DNA of 64,000 nt from Eledone cirrhosa (GCA_964016885.1 OZ024747.1:82770001-82834000); one strand, 5' to 3'. Shown: positions 40,156-54,826, counted from the first letter of the stretch. Numbers and translations are program-made. Notes: a model not told the origin generated them from the sequence alone.

Positions 40156-41837
40156 GGACCGTAACTCCTGATGGAGTTGTAGAGGTGCCGTCGTGACACA
40201 TTGGGGAATTTAAACCTGGCAGAGTCCATCCGCTCTCCAGTTCTACAGTCGATAGTAAGATCCGTGAGAAGCTTAAATATTTAACGTTTCCAACAAATCA
40301 TTCAATTTGCTTTAAATTTATTCTCCAACGAAAATGGTGATATTTTCTGTCCTCACATCAAACATATTTATCTCACTGGCTATTGAAGAGGACTTCTATG
40401 TGGTTTGTCCAATTGCCAGAAAGAGCAGTGAAATCGCACTTAACTCACTCCATACTGTCTAGAACAACGGAAAGACACATTGGTGTACATACATACATGT
40501 GTGTGTGTGTGTGTGCGTGTGTGTGGGGGGGGTGGGGGGGGTGTTTGTGTGTGTGTGTGTGTGTGTGAACTGTGATCATGCTGGGGCAATGTCTTAAACG
40601 GTTTTGGTGGTTATATCGATCACAGTACTTATTAGAATGTAGCATTTTAACGATCTCGATTGAGACAAAAACAGGAATACAGACATGGATACAAACAACA
40701 CATACATTGAATATAAACATTTCAATAATATATTTATGTAGAGTTACAAGTATTTTCTTCCCAGAAAATGTCCCCCAAATATATAGTCTTAGGGTATTGC
40801 CTTTGATCATAGGTTAAGTCAATCAGCGCCGAGCTGGGCCCAAACAACAACAACCTCACCATGTCCTCCTTTTAGATGAAGTTAGATTTAGGACAGCACA
40901 TCTCGACACAACACACACACACGTACAATATGGAATCTTCACCCAATAAAATAACATAAACACCATCTTACATCTGGTGTGAGCTGGGTGCAGAACTAAG
41001 ACGGCATGTAGCTATCTATAATGTTTGTGCAGTGCAAATAATGTCAGTATTATATAAATATAGGTTTTTCTTAAACGCTGGTAACATAATCTTTAGGCGG
41101 CCAATCAACAATGCCGTTAGGGAGATGAATATAATACTTTTATGCATGCATTTTGGCTTTCTGTATTCTAACGTCAAAGACGAAGAAGGAGAAGGATTTG
41201 AACAATTTCATGATTTTCTTTTTAGTACCCACGCATACTTTCTCGTGACCAAGGTTTGATGGAACAGGATGTTTCCTCGAATTGTCAACCAATAAAAAGA
41301 TACCACATACGATGTTTGTTAAAGTATTATTTTATTGGTGTATTCTGGTTAACGAGGAAGAAAATCTTATAAATTCAACAGCTAGAAAAAATGGTTGACC
41401 CAAACTTGTCTTATATAAACGTCACCTTATATTTATCATAACACATTCTACACACCATTAACTCAAACATCTCACAATCTACATAACTGGCGGCACTCGA
41501 TAGTATAACACAATCTATACAACACACATTACATACTTTACATAACTACCTTTGCCCTTTACAACAGAATTAATTGAACGTCCTCATTACATAACTGGTA
41601 CATACATATTTCATCAAATCTGGGTTAGTTAAAAGCAGAGTTATTCCCGGTAAGATTTCAGATGAGCACGTAAAGGGACGTAACTCAAATGACCTATCAC
41701 TGTTATAAAAATGGTCTCCTGCATTTGGCACGCGAGGCTGCAAATTTCGGAGAGATCGATAGTAGATAATCAATTAGATCGAAAGGTTTTACTTTAAAGA
41801 CCCCAGGAAAAACAGAACATTGTTAAATAATTAAAAT

Positions 41838-42477
41838 AATAATTGTTTCTACTTTAGGCACAAGGCCAGCAATTACCCAGTGCATTACTGGTACTTTATT
41901 TTATCGACCCCGTAAGGATGAAAGGCAAAGTCAACCTCGGCGGGATTTGAACTCAGATCGTAAAGGGACGTAACTATGCTGGAAAGCATAGCGTCCGACC
42001 CTCTACCGATACTGCCAATCCACCGCCCTATCATGGCATCCGACCCTCCACCGATACTGCCAATCCACCGCCCTATCATGGCATCCGACCCTCCACCGAT
42101 ACTGCCAATCCACCGCCCTATCATGGCATCCGACCCTCCACCGATACTGCCAATCCACCGCCCTATCATGGCGTCCGACCCTCCACCGATACTGCCAATC
42201 CACCGCCCTATCATGGCGTCCGACCCTCCACCGATACTGCCAATCCACCGCCCTATCATGGCATCCGACCCTCCACCGATACTGCCAATCCACCGCCCTA
42301 TCATGGCATCCGACCCTCCACCGATACTGCCAATCCACCGCCCTATCATGGCGTCCGACCCTCCACCGATACTGCCAATCCACCGCCCTATCATGGCATC
42401 CGACCCTCCACCGATACTGCCAATCCACCGCCCTATCATGGCATCCGACCCTCCACCGATACTGCCAATCCACCGCC
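41838..42477 (-). mobile_element. SINE with 11 tandem copies of its 45-bp 5' head
   Basis: Normal body and tail at 41838-41990, then tandem CCCTATCATGGC(A/G)TCCGACCCTCCACCGATACTGCCAATCCACCG. Flanking direct repeat AAATAATTAAAATAAT. Confidence 0.9.
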
Positions 42478-42492
42478 AAATAATTAAAATAA

Positions 42493-42680
42493 TAATTGTT
42501 TCTACATTTGGCACACTGATTTAGACACAAAATACAACAATTTGAAACGTAAAGGAAAGTCGATTAAATCGACCCCAGTACATTACTGGTGCTTTATTTT
42601 GTCAACTCCGTCAGGACGAAAGACAAAGCTAACTTCGGCGGGATTTCAACTCAGAACGTAAAGGGCCGCAACTCTTTGCC
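42493..42680 (-). mobile_element. SINE, older copy
   Basis: Reverse complement of the B-box, body and tail. Confidence 0.75.
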
Positions 42681-42702
42681 ACGATTATATCATTATTACT
42701 AT

Positions 42703-42908
42703 AAGGCGGTAGAGCGTCGGACGCCATGCTTTGCAGCATAGAGTTACGGCCCTTTATGATCTGAGTTCAAATCCCGCCGAGGTTAACTTTGCCTTTCAGC
42801 CTTACGGGGTTGATAAAATAAAGTACCAGTCATGCACTGGGGTCGATTTAATCGACTTCCCCCTCTCCCAAAATTGCTGACCTTGTGCCTATATAAGAAA
42901 CCATTATT
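42703..42908 (+). mobile_element. SINE
   Basis: Near-identical to 14685-14882. Confidence 0.85.
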
Positions 42909-42938
42909 ATGATTATAAGTGTATACAAGAAGAAGAAG

Positions 42939-42969
<31 letters not shown>

Positions 42970-43634
42970 GTGAATTGAGTAAGTAAATGGTAAGTTGGGA
43001 ATTGGAAGTTGCATGTGCAAAAGCTTCTATGTAGGATATGTGATACATGAAAAACTGGGAGAGTGAATGAGAGAGAGAGAGAGAGAGAAAAACTGAGTGA
43101 GTGGGTGAGATATGAAAGAAGGAAGAGAAAGGAAAGCAGTGAGTGATGAAATAATATTTGTGGGGGAGAATCAATACTAGATAATAGAGTTTGCACCGAA
43201 ATCTGGCAATGTTCGTGGGGCTGCTAATGGAGGCTGCACTTCCTGTGTGTGCCATTCAATTACATCCGGGTCATTCTAGAGCTTATTGAACGTAAGAGGC
43301 ATGTGAACGCGGTGCAAGAAGTTTCAATCAACTGTACATATTTTATAGATATAAGATATAGTTTGGAACACTAGCATTAAATTTAATCTAAGTCAAGTCA
43401 TTTCTTCAAATATGCTTCCCTTTAAGTGAAGGCAATTCTAGAGAATGGCGAAGTAGGAATGACTTCCAGTGGCTTTTATAGACTTATGTTCCATCATATA
43501 TTTATTTTGTTCTTTTGCTATTTATTAGTTTTTACTTTGAAACATGCTTATCGATAGTATGTATGTATGTATGTATGTATGTATGTATGTATGTATGTAT
43601 GTATGTATGTATGTATGTATGTATGTATGTATGT

Positions 43635-44156
43635 CGGGTCACATGTAACCCAGTACAACCTGTCGCATGGTAGGGTCGTCGGCGACTAAACCGGCAGCTC
43701 CACCAAATTTACTTGGTTAGGAGGGTGATTTTCGACACCCTGCAGGACAAAAAACAAAACCTGACAAAAGGCGGAAGAACTCATAAGAGTCAATGGCCAT
43801 CCAAAAGTGTGTAAATATGTATATACACATGTATCGCGCGGTTAAACCACTGGGAGTGAAGGACCCCTAGCCTTGGTCAGGGCATTCTTCTAGGAGAAGG
43901 TAACTCAGGAAACTGGGATAACTCCCTTATAAAACCTGCGGCTCAGTAGTTACCGATGATGTTGATCTTTTCTTCTTCTCGGGTTATAGCTACTGTCGCT
44001 CAGAGAGTGGGATTGGTTCAGTGCACAGTCTTTCCTCACTTAAAAAAATATCTTCACGCACAAGCATTGCACGATAGAATTAATTAATAATTATTAATAA
44101 TGGTATATCGTGCAATGATCATACACGATAACGAGGGGCAGCCATCATGTATGTAT
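43635..44156 (+). mobile_element. Non-autonomous retroelement between (TATG)n tracts
   Basis: Same family as 36269-36888. Ends GGCAGCCATCATGTATGTATG. Confidence 0.7.
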
Positions 44157-44189
44157 GTGTGTGGGGGGGGGGGTGCGTGTGTGTGTGTC

Positions 44190-44349
44190 GGGTCCATTCG
44201 GGCGTAACCACAGTAAGGTACTCAATACATAGCAGTGTATAAATATTTAATATAGAAATGTCTTCTACAGGACTAGACCTTCTTCATTCGAAGGAAATGA
44301 TTTCCTTCGAATGAAACAGTTCTAGTCCTGTAAAAGCCATTTCTATATT
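44190..44349 (-). mobile_element. Fold-back PLE pLTR-like relic, family A
   Basis: Palindrome centred at 44299 (AAGGAAAT-G-ATTTCCTT). The long arm matches the reverse complement of 30586-30700. Confidence 0.7.
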
Positions 44350-44379
44350 GTGTGTATGTATGTGTGTGTGTGTATGCGG

Positions 44380-44481
<102 letters not shown>

Positions 44482-44794
44482 CATAAATGATAGGAAACTA
44501 AGAAACTAATAAATTTAAGACATATTTCAACAAGAAAAAATTTAAAATAGTAAAAACACTCACTCAATCCCCAATTTTAATATATAGACATGTCTATATA
44601 TTATAATCTGAGAATTGACTCGAAGAATTTGCAATAAACCATTAATTTCACTCAATCATGTATCTTCAGAGACTTTATAAAATATACGAATATATTTTCA
44701 GGGAAAACATCCATGTATCACTACAATTTCATGATAACATGTGGAACTACATTAAGCATGAAATTTTGATGACATAACTTGTTATATATATATA

Positions 44795-44873
44795 TTGGGT
44801 TGTCCGGTATGAAATGTGTAGACATTTGTAGAAAAGAAACAAATTTCTACAAATTTCATACTTGACGACCCCA
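44795..44873. mobile_element. Tiny Tc1/mariner-type MITE
   Basis: TA|TTGGGTTGTCCGGTATGAAAT ... ATTTCATACTTGACGACCCCA|TA: imperfect TIRs with a TA TSD. Confidence 0.6.
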
Positions 44874-45538
44874 TATATAACATGGTTGAATTATTATAGA
44901 AATAATTCCGGCTGCTGTCCGGTGTTTTACATTGTTAAATGTGACTTTTAACACTACTTAGATTACCTTATCTTATTCAGAAATTCAACAACCTTGTGTC
45001 TACTTACGCCGTATATACACTAAAGTAAATGTTGTTTTTATTGTAAAGCTACTCGCGCCATCTTTGTTTTTATTATTTACTTCATTTTTATTTTATTTTT
45101 GTTATGTTTTATTTTATGTTTTTCTAAATTCAATCAAAAGGTCTTCAATGTCCTATATATATTATGTATCGTACATAAAAGTCAATATTACGATCAGAAA
45201 ATAATTTGCTATTGTTATTCTTTGCTTTTATGTTTTGATGTAAACGAACCGCAACACAACAGCAGCGTTAAGTATGGTGTTTCTTCTTTCTCTCATTTTT
45301 TTCAATCACATTACCAAATGAACATTATGATCCGTCAACAAAAAACGTCTGACGTTTACTTGCATTATAATATTAAACTCCATATCAACAGAATGTTTTA
45401 ATAATTTTGATTTTATTTCATTATTTTACGGATTTAGTGTTCATGATATGAAGATACTTGATACAGTGCTTCACGCCGTTTCTCTTGTAGATTACACATT
45501 TAGTAGTGAAGAACCATTTAAAAGTCATTATGCCTCTT

Positions 45539-45644
<106 letters not shown>

Positions 45645-45685
45645 GTAACAGATTAAATATTTGCTCTATGGTTTTATATATATAT

Positions 45686-46076
<391 letters not shown>

Positions 46077-46608
46077 CGTGCGTACGTGTGTGTGTGTGTG
46101 TGTGTTTTTAGCTGCAATTCTAACTGGTCGACCCCGCTGAAGCTTCCTCCTCGGCTGAATTTAGATTATACATTAGTAACAGTTCCGTGTGAGTGGTTAA
46201 GAGGTTTGCTTCCCAATTATTAGTTCCTGGGTTTGATCTCACCGCGTGGCATTTTGAGTAAGTGTTATCTAGCATAGCCTAGCATCGATCCAATCCTTGT
46301 GACTAAACTTTGGTAGACAGAAACTGCCTGGTAGCTCGTCGGATTGCCTACACGAAACTCATGTCCCACGAGTCACGTATTATAGCTGCGAAGCTATAAT
46401 AAATAAATTATACACAAGACTTCCCATGTATTGAGTTTTGTTTGTCCCGCTTGCACTACCAAGCCTAAATATATATGTGTGAGGGTGTATGTGACAGAAA
46501 GAGAGAAAATGTATACACAATGATTACCGTTTCAGGCAATATTTATTAGAATTCTGTTGAAGTGTGTATACATTTTTGAGGGACATCTTGTATGTATGTA
46601 TGTATGTG

Positions 46609-46709
<101 letters not shown>

Positions 46710-47188
46710 GCGTGTCGGTGTGCTTTTGGGTATAGGAATATGTGGTATTGACAAATATACATCAATGTGCGTGTGCATATGTTACATAATATATATATTT
46801 CATCAGTAGCACAATCACCATAATCTCAGATGGGATTTAACCCAACCACAAGATCCGAAATCCTATATTCACTCCATTATTCTCTTAAATTAGTAATTCC
46901 ATAATTTCAAATTTGCTACCAAACCGAAATTACTAATCTAACTGCAGATTCTGACTGTTCTATACTCTTGGACAGCATGAAGCCAAAGTAATCTATATTA
47001 TAATAAATGTACAGCCTTTCTGACCGTCTTCCACACGAACATTATGCCCTCTCAAAACATTCTAAAATAGTCATTTAGAATTCATAGAAGACAAAAAGTT
47101 GAGAGTAGGCAAATATCTTAAAATACATTATCTGCCTCTATCTCTCTATATAAGGCGTTAAGACTTTTGTACCTCTGTTTGTTGTTTC

Positions 47189-47262
<74 letters not shown>

Positions 47263-47266
<4 letters not shown>

Positions 47267-47420
47267 TGCGAAACAGAGCTCTGTCAGCTTTATCTCCCCT
47301 GTTTGCTGAAAATTAAAGCAAGTGAGACTGTCACTACTCTAAAACAATAGCGTAAGGTCTTCGAAATGGTTTTAATTAAGCATACAGTGTATTGCAAAAT
47401 ACACTATATATACATTCATA
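47263..47420 (+). mobile_element. (TA)n-flanked relic starting with a hammerhead 3' half
   Basis: GC-GAAA-CAGAGCUCUG-UC-AGC with a palindromic stem III. The tail is homologous to the reverse complement of 34555-34655. Confidence 0.6.
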
Positions 47421-47430
47421 TATATATATA

Positions 47431-48224
<794 letters not shown>

Positions 48225-48258
48225 AGATTTGAATGGATACAGTTTAGTTGAAAGGAAT

Positions 48259-48375
48259 TTATTGACACGTGTTTCTATAACAGTTACATAACCTAAAACA
48301 GCTGTCTACAAACTTTTAGTTATGCAGACATTCAATATTTCAATGTTATTGTTTACTGTCATTTCATCAGAATAA
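48259..48375 (-). ncRNA. Type-I hammerhead motif with an enlarged stem II
   Basis: UUAUU-CUGAUGA-A-AUGACAGU...(~70 nt)...ACUGUUAU-A-GAAA-CACGUG-UC-AAUAA. Confidence 0.65.
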
Positions 48376-48458
48376 TATTACTGAGGACCTATTTAGTTTT
48401 TATAGAGAATATTAGGAGGAAGGGGTGAAGTTGTTAGAAGAATAGTTGAAGGAAAAAA

Positions 48459-48513
<55 letters not shown>

Positions 48514-48518
<5 letters not shown>

Positions 48519-48705
48519 CGATCGTTTGGAAAGAGAGTTGTATTTTAATTGTCTCATATAAAATAATACAACTGGCTATCCGCAAAATACGTATAGTTAG
48601 CACACCAAACGTATAATTGGGATTATACTAAGGTATATCCTAATGTGTGTTGAGTGAGACAGAAGCCAGTCGGAGTATTGCTTAAAGCTTTCTCTGTTAA
48701 TGTAT

Positions 48706-48710
<5 letters not shown>
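48514..48710 (+). mobile_element. (TA)n-flanked relic starting at a hammerhead 3' half
   Basis: Begins GAAA-CGAUCG-UU (palindromic stem III) directly after (TA)n. Confidence 0.5.
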
Positions 48711-48744
<34 letters not shown>

Positions 48745-49152
48745 ATTAGGAAAAAGAAAATAATGTAGTTCTTCAAGTTGAATAACATTTGAAAGCATTG
48801 AAGTCCGAATGTTAATATGAATTGTTTCGCAACATAACAGGGAGAATGGTAAAAGGATCAGAAGTGAACAAATGTAGACCTAGACAGGAGATGGGTGACT
48901 GGGAAAAGGAACATCTAAGATGGCTTTCATGTCATCTTGAAGCAAAAAAACAAAACAAAACTAGACTCAACAGACAAACAAAAATAAAAGAAGACGTAAA
49001 AACATAAAACGTAAAGAGCTTTGAATCAGTATGGAATATCGGTTTAAGTTCAAATATGTATATGTGAGTGGAAGGGGAATGTATACATATATGTGTGTAC
49101 ACGTGTGTGTATATATGTGTATGTATATTTCTGTGAGAGAATGTATAAATAA

Positions 49153-49214
<62 letters not shown>

Positions 49215-49227
49215 ATATATATGTATA

Positions 49228-49307
<80 letters not shown>

Positions 49308-49322
49308 CATATATATATATAC

Positions 49323-49418
<96 letters not shown>

Positions 49419-49761
49419 TTATATATATATATACATGTATTTATTTATACACTCTCACACACACACACATACACATACACATATACAGGTTATCAATAAT
49501 GTAGTGATAATATATCGTTACGTTAGAGATGAACAGCGTACGTGCAGGTTTGCTCAACGAGTATAAATTATATTCCGGAGAAATGTAGAAAGGATGAATA
49601 TAAAATGAAAGTGCTTTTGTTAAAAAAGGAATTTATTAGGTATTGACATATGTTTCTGTAACAGACCGAATACCTATGTATCGCTGCTTGCGTAATCATA
49701 TAATGTTAGCAAGTATTCGATAGCAAATGTATAAACAGGGGGAGATTTCGATTGCTACTAA

Positions 49762-50339
49762 ATTGATGTTATTTAGTAGCAATCGAAATCTCCCCCTTCC
49801 CCAATTGACACTTTATGATTAATACTACTGCACCAAATGACCAGCCCTGTCCACTGTCCAGTTGGTCAAGTAGAGATTAAAATCGGCACTCCCAAAATTC
49901 TTATTTAGATTTACTCATGGTATTCTCATTAAAAACCCATTATATACTTGTTTAGCAGTAAATTATTTTACCATCTGTCATATTCTATCCCCTCTGTTCC
50001 TTCCTCTTTTACTAATATAAATACTTCAATTTTTCTGATTTTATCCAGTTTATCCAAAATCTCTGAAGAAGTGACAACTGTTTATACATTTGCTATCGAA
50101 TACTTGCTAACATTATATGATTACGCAAGCAGCGATACATAGGTATTCGGTCTGTTACAGAAACATATGTCAATACCTAATAAATTCCTTTTTTAACAAA
50201 AGCACTTTCATTTTATATTCATCCTTTCTACATTTCTCCGGAATATAATTTATACTCGTTGAGCAAACCTGCACGTACGCTGTTCATCTCTAACGTAACG
50301 ATATATTATCACTACATTATTGATAACCTGAAATTTTAT
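49762..50339 (+). repeat. 5' pLTR (direct repeat of 52878-53454)
   Basis: Identical by eye except for one C in a C-run. The ORF track gives identical spurious 64-aa ORFs in both copies. Confidence 0.92.
50063..50175 (+). ncRNA. Hammerhead-like motif in the pLTR (second copy at 53178-53290)
   Basis: CUGAAGA-A-GUGACA...UGUUAC-A-GAAA-CAUAUG-UC-AAUA with a structured large stem II. Stem I pairing is poor. Confidence 0.55.
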
Positions 50340-50385
50340 TAATCTCCTATACAGTTGAGCAACTAATTCAGCATACGCTTCTAAA

Positions 50386-52705
50386 ATGGAAAAGCACCAA
50401 TTGGATATGTCGTTAAAAAACATACCTATTCAGGCAAAAAGGGAATATATTCTAGGTATGATACGAAGGACCAATGATTTTATTCGACGAATCAGATGGA
50501 AAACATTCCATTTTGACAAAAGCCGTATAAACCAAACATCGGATCTTAACAAGGATAAATTTGGATTTAAATCTTACAAGAACCCACCCTCAAACCCACT
50601 TTTGGATGCATTTGAACAAGACCTAATGGATATGATCATGGAGATCAAATTTACAAAACGTAAGAACAATAAACTACAGAATGACATCACGGCACTGCTC
50701 AATAATCTAAAAAACGCCAATGGAGTTATTGTTAGAGCAGACAAAACATCAAACGTATATACCATGGATGTGGACACTTACAATAACTTCATCCGTAAGG
50801 AATTGCATAAAAAATACAGGAAAACTAATGAAGCCACACTTAAAAACATCAACAACTCGGCATGTGATATTGTTAAAAAACTTTGTATTGACGATAGAAC
50901 GCAACCCTTAACACCAGCTATACCATCCTTCAACCTGAAGGACCATAAGGTAAACTTCGATACTAACCCTAATATTAGACTTATATGCCCCTCTAAATCT
51001 GATATAGGTAAAATTAGCAAATATATACTAGACAGAATTATCCCCCAAGTTAAGGTTAAAGTAGAGATTAAACTATGGGGTAACACTCATGAAGCAATAA
51101 GATGGTTTAACAACATTACTGATAAGAAAAAAATCAAAATTTATTCAGTTTGATATTGATGAATATTATTCCTCAATTTCACCTGATACTCTACATGAAG
51201 CTCTTTCGTTCGCTAAGGATAATTCCGACCTTACGGATGCTGAAATTAAAATTATTATGGAAGCGAGAAAAACTATAGTTAAATTCGATGATAGCTACTG
51301 GGTTCGCAAAGATAGACCTTCTAATTTTGATATCACTATGGGTTCTAATGATTCGGCGGAAGTAACAGATCTTGTGGGAATTTATATCACCCACAGATTA
51401 CAAGGAAAATTCAAGGATCTCCACGGTGGAATTTACCGTGACGATGCGCTCCTATTAGTTAAGAATATGAATAACCAGAATTTAGAAAGGATGCGTAAAA
51501 ATATCAGAAAACTTTTTAAAGAACTAGGATTAAGTATTACATTTGAATATAACCTCAAAGAGGTCAATTTCCTCGATGTTACTTTCAATCTCAATACAGA
51601 TACGATTAAACCGTTCCATAAACTAAATGAGAACCTTAAATATGTAAATACGAGTTCTAACCATCCACTCTCTATAATTAAATCCATCCCTAGAAATGTT
51701 TCTCTTAGAATCTCCCGCCTATCGTCCAACCAACAAACCTTCAAAGAACATGCCGAGTATTATGATGATGCACTTAGGAAAGCCGGTCACCTAGATAATA
51801 TAGAGTATATAGTCAATGATCACCAAAACACCCAAAATAAATCACATAGGAGTAGAAATAGCACAGAATCACCACCATACATACACTACCGCAATAGACA
51901 CAATAATAGTCGCACACCACCAAACAGAAGGCGATGTAAGGAGTATATCTGGTACAACCCGGTCTATAACAAATCTATTAAAACCAATCTACCCACAAAA
52001 TTCTTTCGATTAGTTAGAAAACACTTTCCAACATCACATAAATATAATAAAATCTTAAACCCTAACACCATCCGACTTTCATATTCAACCGCCCCTAATA
52101 TTGAACAACATATAAAAATGCTTAACGCAAAACGGTTGTATAAACGCCTTCCAACACATAACAATACACGTAAAACATTAGCTATAACATCACAAAACAA
52201 CAAACAACATCCTGTCCTGCATAAGCAACCTCATCAACCCATCCATGGCAATACAACAACGCAAAATTGTAATTGCAACTGTGTCCAACCAGGAATGTGT
52301 CCGTTGAACAATCAGTGTCTTGAACGCAACATCGTATACAAATGTACTATCGAATCGGATAGACAGAAGTGGTACTATGTGGGATCTACAGCCACCTCCT
52401 TTAAATCACGCCTTTATAGACATCGTTATTCGATAAAACATGAAAACCAGCGTTATGTAACAACACTCGCAGACAAGGCTTGGCAGCTGCGTGAAAATAA
52501 CCAACAATTTCACCTAAAATGGGATATAATAGCGGCTGCCCCCCCATATTCCAATGGACAGGAATTTTGTAAATTATGTAATGTAGAATTATTTTGTATT
52601 ATGAAATCCAAAAACATTTTATTAAATAACAGAATAGAGCGATCGTTATACTGTAACCATCGCTTAAAATCTACATTTTCATATTATAAATACTACCAGG
52701 ATTGA
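50386..52705 (+). CDS. PLE reverse transcriptase + GIY-YIG endonuclease (~772 aa after correcting one frameshift at A7, 51127-51133)
   Basis: ADKT motif, KDHK..RLICPSKS, FIQFDIDEYYSSI, ITMGS, GIYRDD, VNFLDV, CNC..CPL..C, IVYKC..YYVGST..FKSR..H, CKLC..E..CNH. Confidence 0.9.
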
Positions 52706-52877
52706 ACGCCTGTCTCTATCCCCGTTTGATTGTCAAAATAGATATGAACATTCTTTATTAGTCTTAATTCTATCAACTCTTCTATTATTTACCTTTTAAT
52801 ACAAACTGCTATAGATAAAATGAGATTTCTGATTTTTTGATTCAATTCCCTAGTGGAAATACCAGCTGACTACTAGC

Positions 52878-53446
52878 ATTGATGTTATTTAGTAGCAATC
52901 GAAATCTCCCCTTCCCCAATTGACACTTTATGATTAATACTACTGCACCAAATGACCAGCCCTGTCCACTGTCCAGTTGGTCAAGTAGAGATTAAAATCG
53001 GCACTCCCAAAATTCTTATTTAGATTTACTCATGGTATTCTCATTAAAAACCCATTATATACTTGTTTAGCAGTAAATTATTTTACCATCTGTCATATTC
53101 TATCCCCTCTGTTCCTTCCTCTTTTACTAATATAAATACTTCAATTTTTCTGATTTTATCCAGTTTATCCAAAATCTCTGAAGAAGTGACAACTGTTTAT
53201 ACATTTGCTATCGAATACTTGCTAACATTATATGATTACGCAAGCAGCGATACATAGGTATTCGGTCTGTTACAGAAACATATGTCAATACCTAATAAAT
53301 TCCTTTTTTAACAAAAGCACTTTCATTTTATATTCATCCTTTCTACATTTCTCCGGAATATAATTTATACTCGTTGAGCAAACCTGCACGTACGCTGTTC
53401 ATCTCTAACGTAACGATATATTATCACTACATTATTGATAACCTGA

Positions 53447-53454
<8 letters not shown>
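52878..53454 (+). repeat. 3' pLTR
   Basis: Direct repeat of 49762-50339, running into (TA)n. Confidence 0.92.
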
Positions 53455-53493
<39 letters not shown>

Positions 53494-53497
<4 letters not shown>

Positions 53498-53693
53498 AAC
53501 AAGTAAGACCCCGACGGCTGAGCTCAAGCCGTTTCGACGGCTAATTCTGGACTGAATGTTCAGAATTAGCCGTCGAAACGGCTTGAGCTCAGCCGTCGGG
53601 GTCTTACTTGTTCCTATTACCCACTCTACTACCCTAAATATTGAGTACTTTGGTGCGTTATGGTCCACCTGGTTCCTTACCACATCTCCTTCG

Positions 53694-53695
<2 letters not shown>
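53494..53695 (+). mobile_element. Fold-back relic, family H
   Basis: ~56-bp arms around GACTGAATGTT, flanked by (TA)n. Confidence 0.75.
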
Positions 53696-53781
<86 letters not shown>

Positions 53782-53787
<6 letters not shown>

Positions 53788-54308
53788 ATGCTTTGGGAGG
53801 GTCATGTTGCCAATAAGAAACACACGCACCAGTTGCTTTCACTCCAATTTATTATAAATTAAATTTATAAATTTAAGAATTTATAAATTTCGGTTGGTTG
53901 GTTGGTTCCATACTCGACGGTTGTTCATATATTGTCAAAGTTCTTTCGTGACACATTCTGTGACCTCTTCAGTGACTGGGGATTCTTCAAAAACGAGATG
54001 GCGTAGGACAGAACAAATGAGAGGCACAAAACAAAGAAAAGCATCCCCAATCCCCAGTCACTGAAGAGGTCACAGAATGTGTGACGAAAGAACTTTGACA
54101 ATATATGAACAACCGTCCGGTATGGAACCAACCAACATACCGGAAATTTATAAATTCTTAAATTTATAAATTTAATTTATAATAAATTGGAGTGAAAGCA
54201 ACTGGTGCGTGTGTTTCTTATTGGCAACATGACCCTCCCAAAGTATAACAATATCGGTTTCAACACACGTTTTCAGATAAAGAATCTTGCTAAACAAATT
54301 CAGAAACG

Positions 54309-54309
<1 letters not shown>
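53782..54309 (+). mobile_element. Fold-back relic, family B, with a hammerhead motif in each ~200-bp arm
   Basis: Arms ~53782-53985 and 54049-54252. The right arm reads GUCA-CUGAAGA-GGUCACA-GAAUG-UGUGAC-GAAA-GAAC-UU-UGAC (54057-54099). Confidence 0.75.
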
Positions 54310-54382
<73 letters not shown>

Positions 54383-54429
54383 AGCCGTCGAAACGGCTTG
54401 AGCTCAGCCGTCGGGGTCTTACTTGTTCT

Positions 54430-54588
<159 letters not shown>

Positions 54589-54591
54589 ATA

Positions 54592-54707
<116 letters not shown>

Positions 54708-54730
54708 GTGTGTATATATATGTGTGTGTG

Positions 54731-54826
<96 letters not shown>

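Larger units (their letters stand above)
49486..53454 (+). mobile_element. Penelope-like retroelement (probably Naiad-type), near full length
   Basis: Inverted partial pLTR at 49486-49763, pLTR at 49762-50339, RT/GIY-YIG ORF, second pLTR at 52878-53454, then (TA)n. Confidence 0.92.

Noticed and set aside
41990-42477. CRISPR-like array
   Set aside because: Head-to-tail 45-bp units with no spacers, matching the SINE 5' head in a eukaryotic context.
43195-43330. GC-richer unique islands (also ~13140-13480 and ~56780-56960) as regulatory elements or exons
   Set aside because: No feature can be supported from the sequence alone. Cross-species conservation or expression data would be needed.
52703-53000. 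Selenocysteine read-through or SECIS in the PLE
   Set aside because: No internal in-frame TGA at Cys positions, the terminal TGA follows the complete C-terminal motif, and I see no convincing AUGA-AA-GA SECIS fold.
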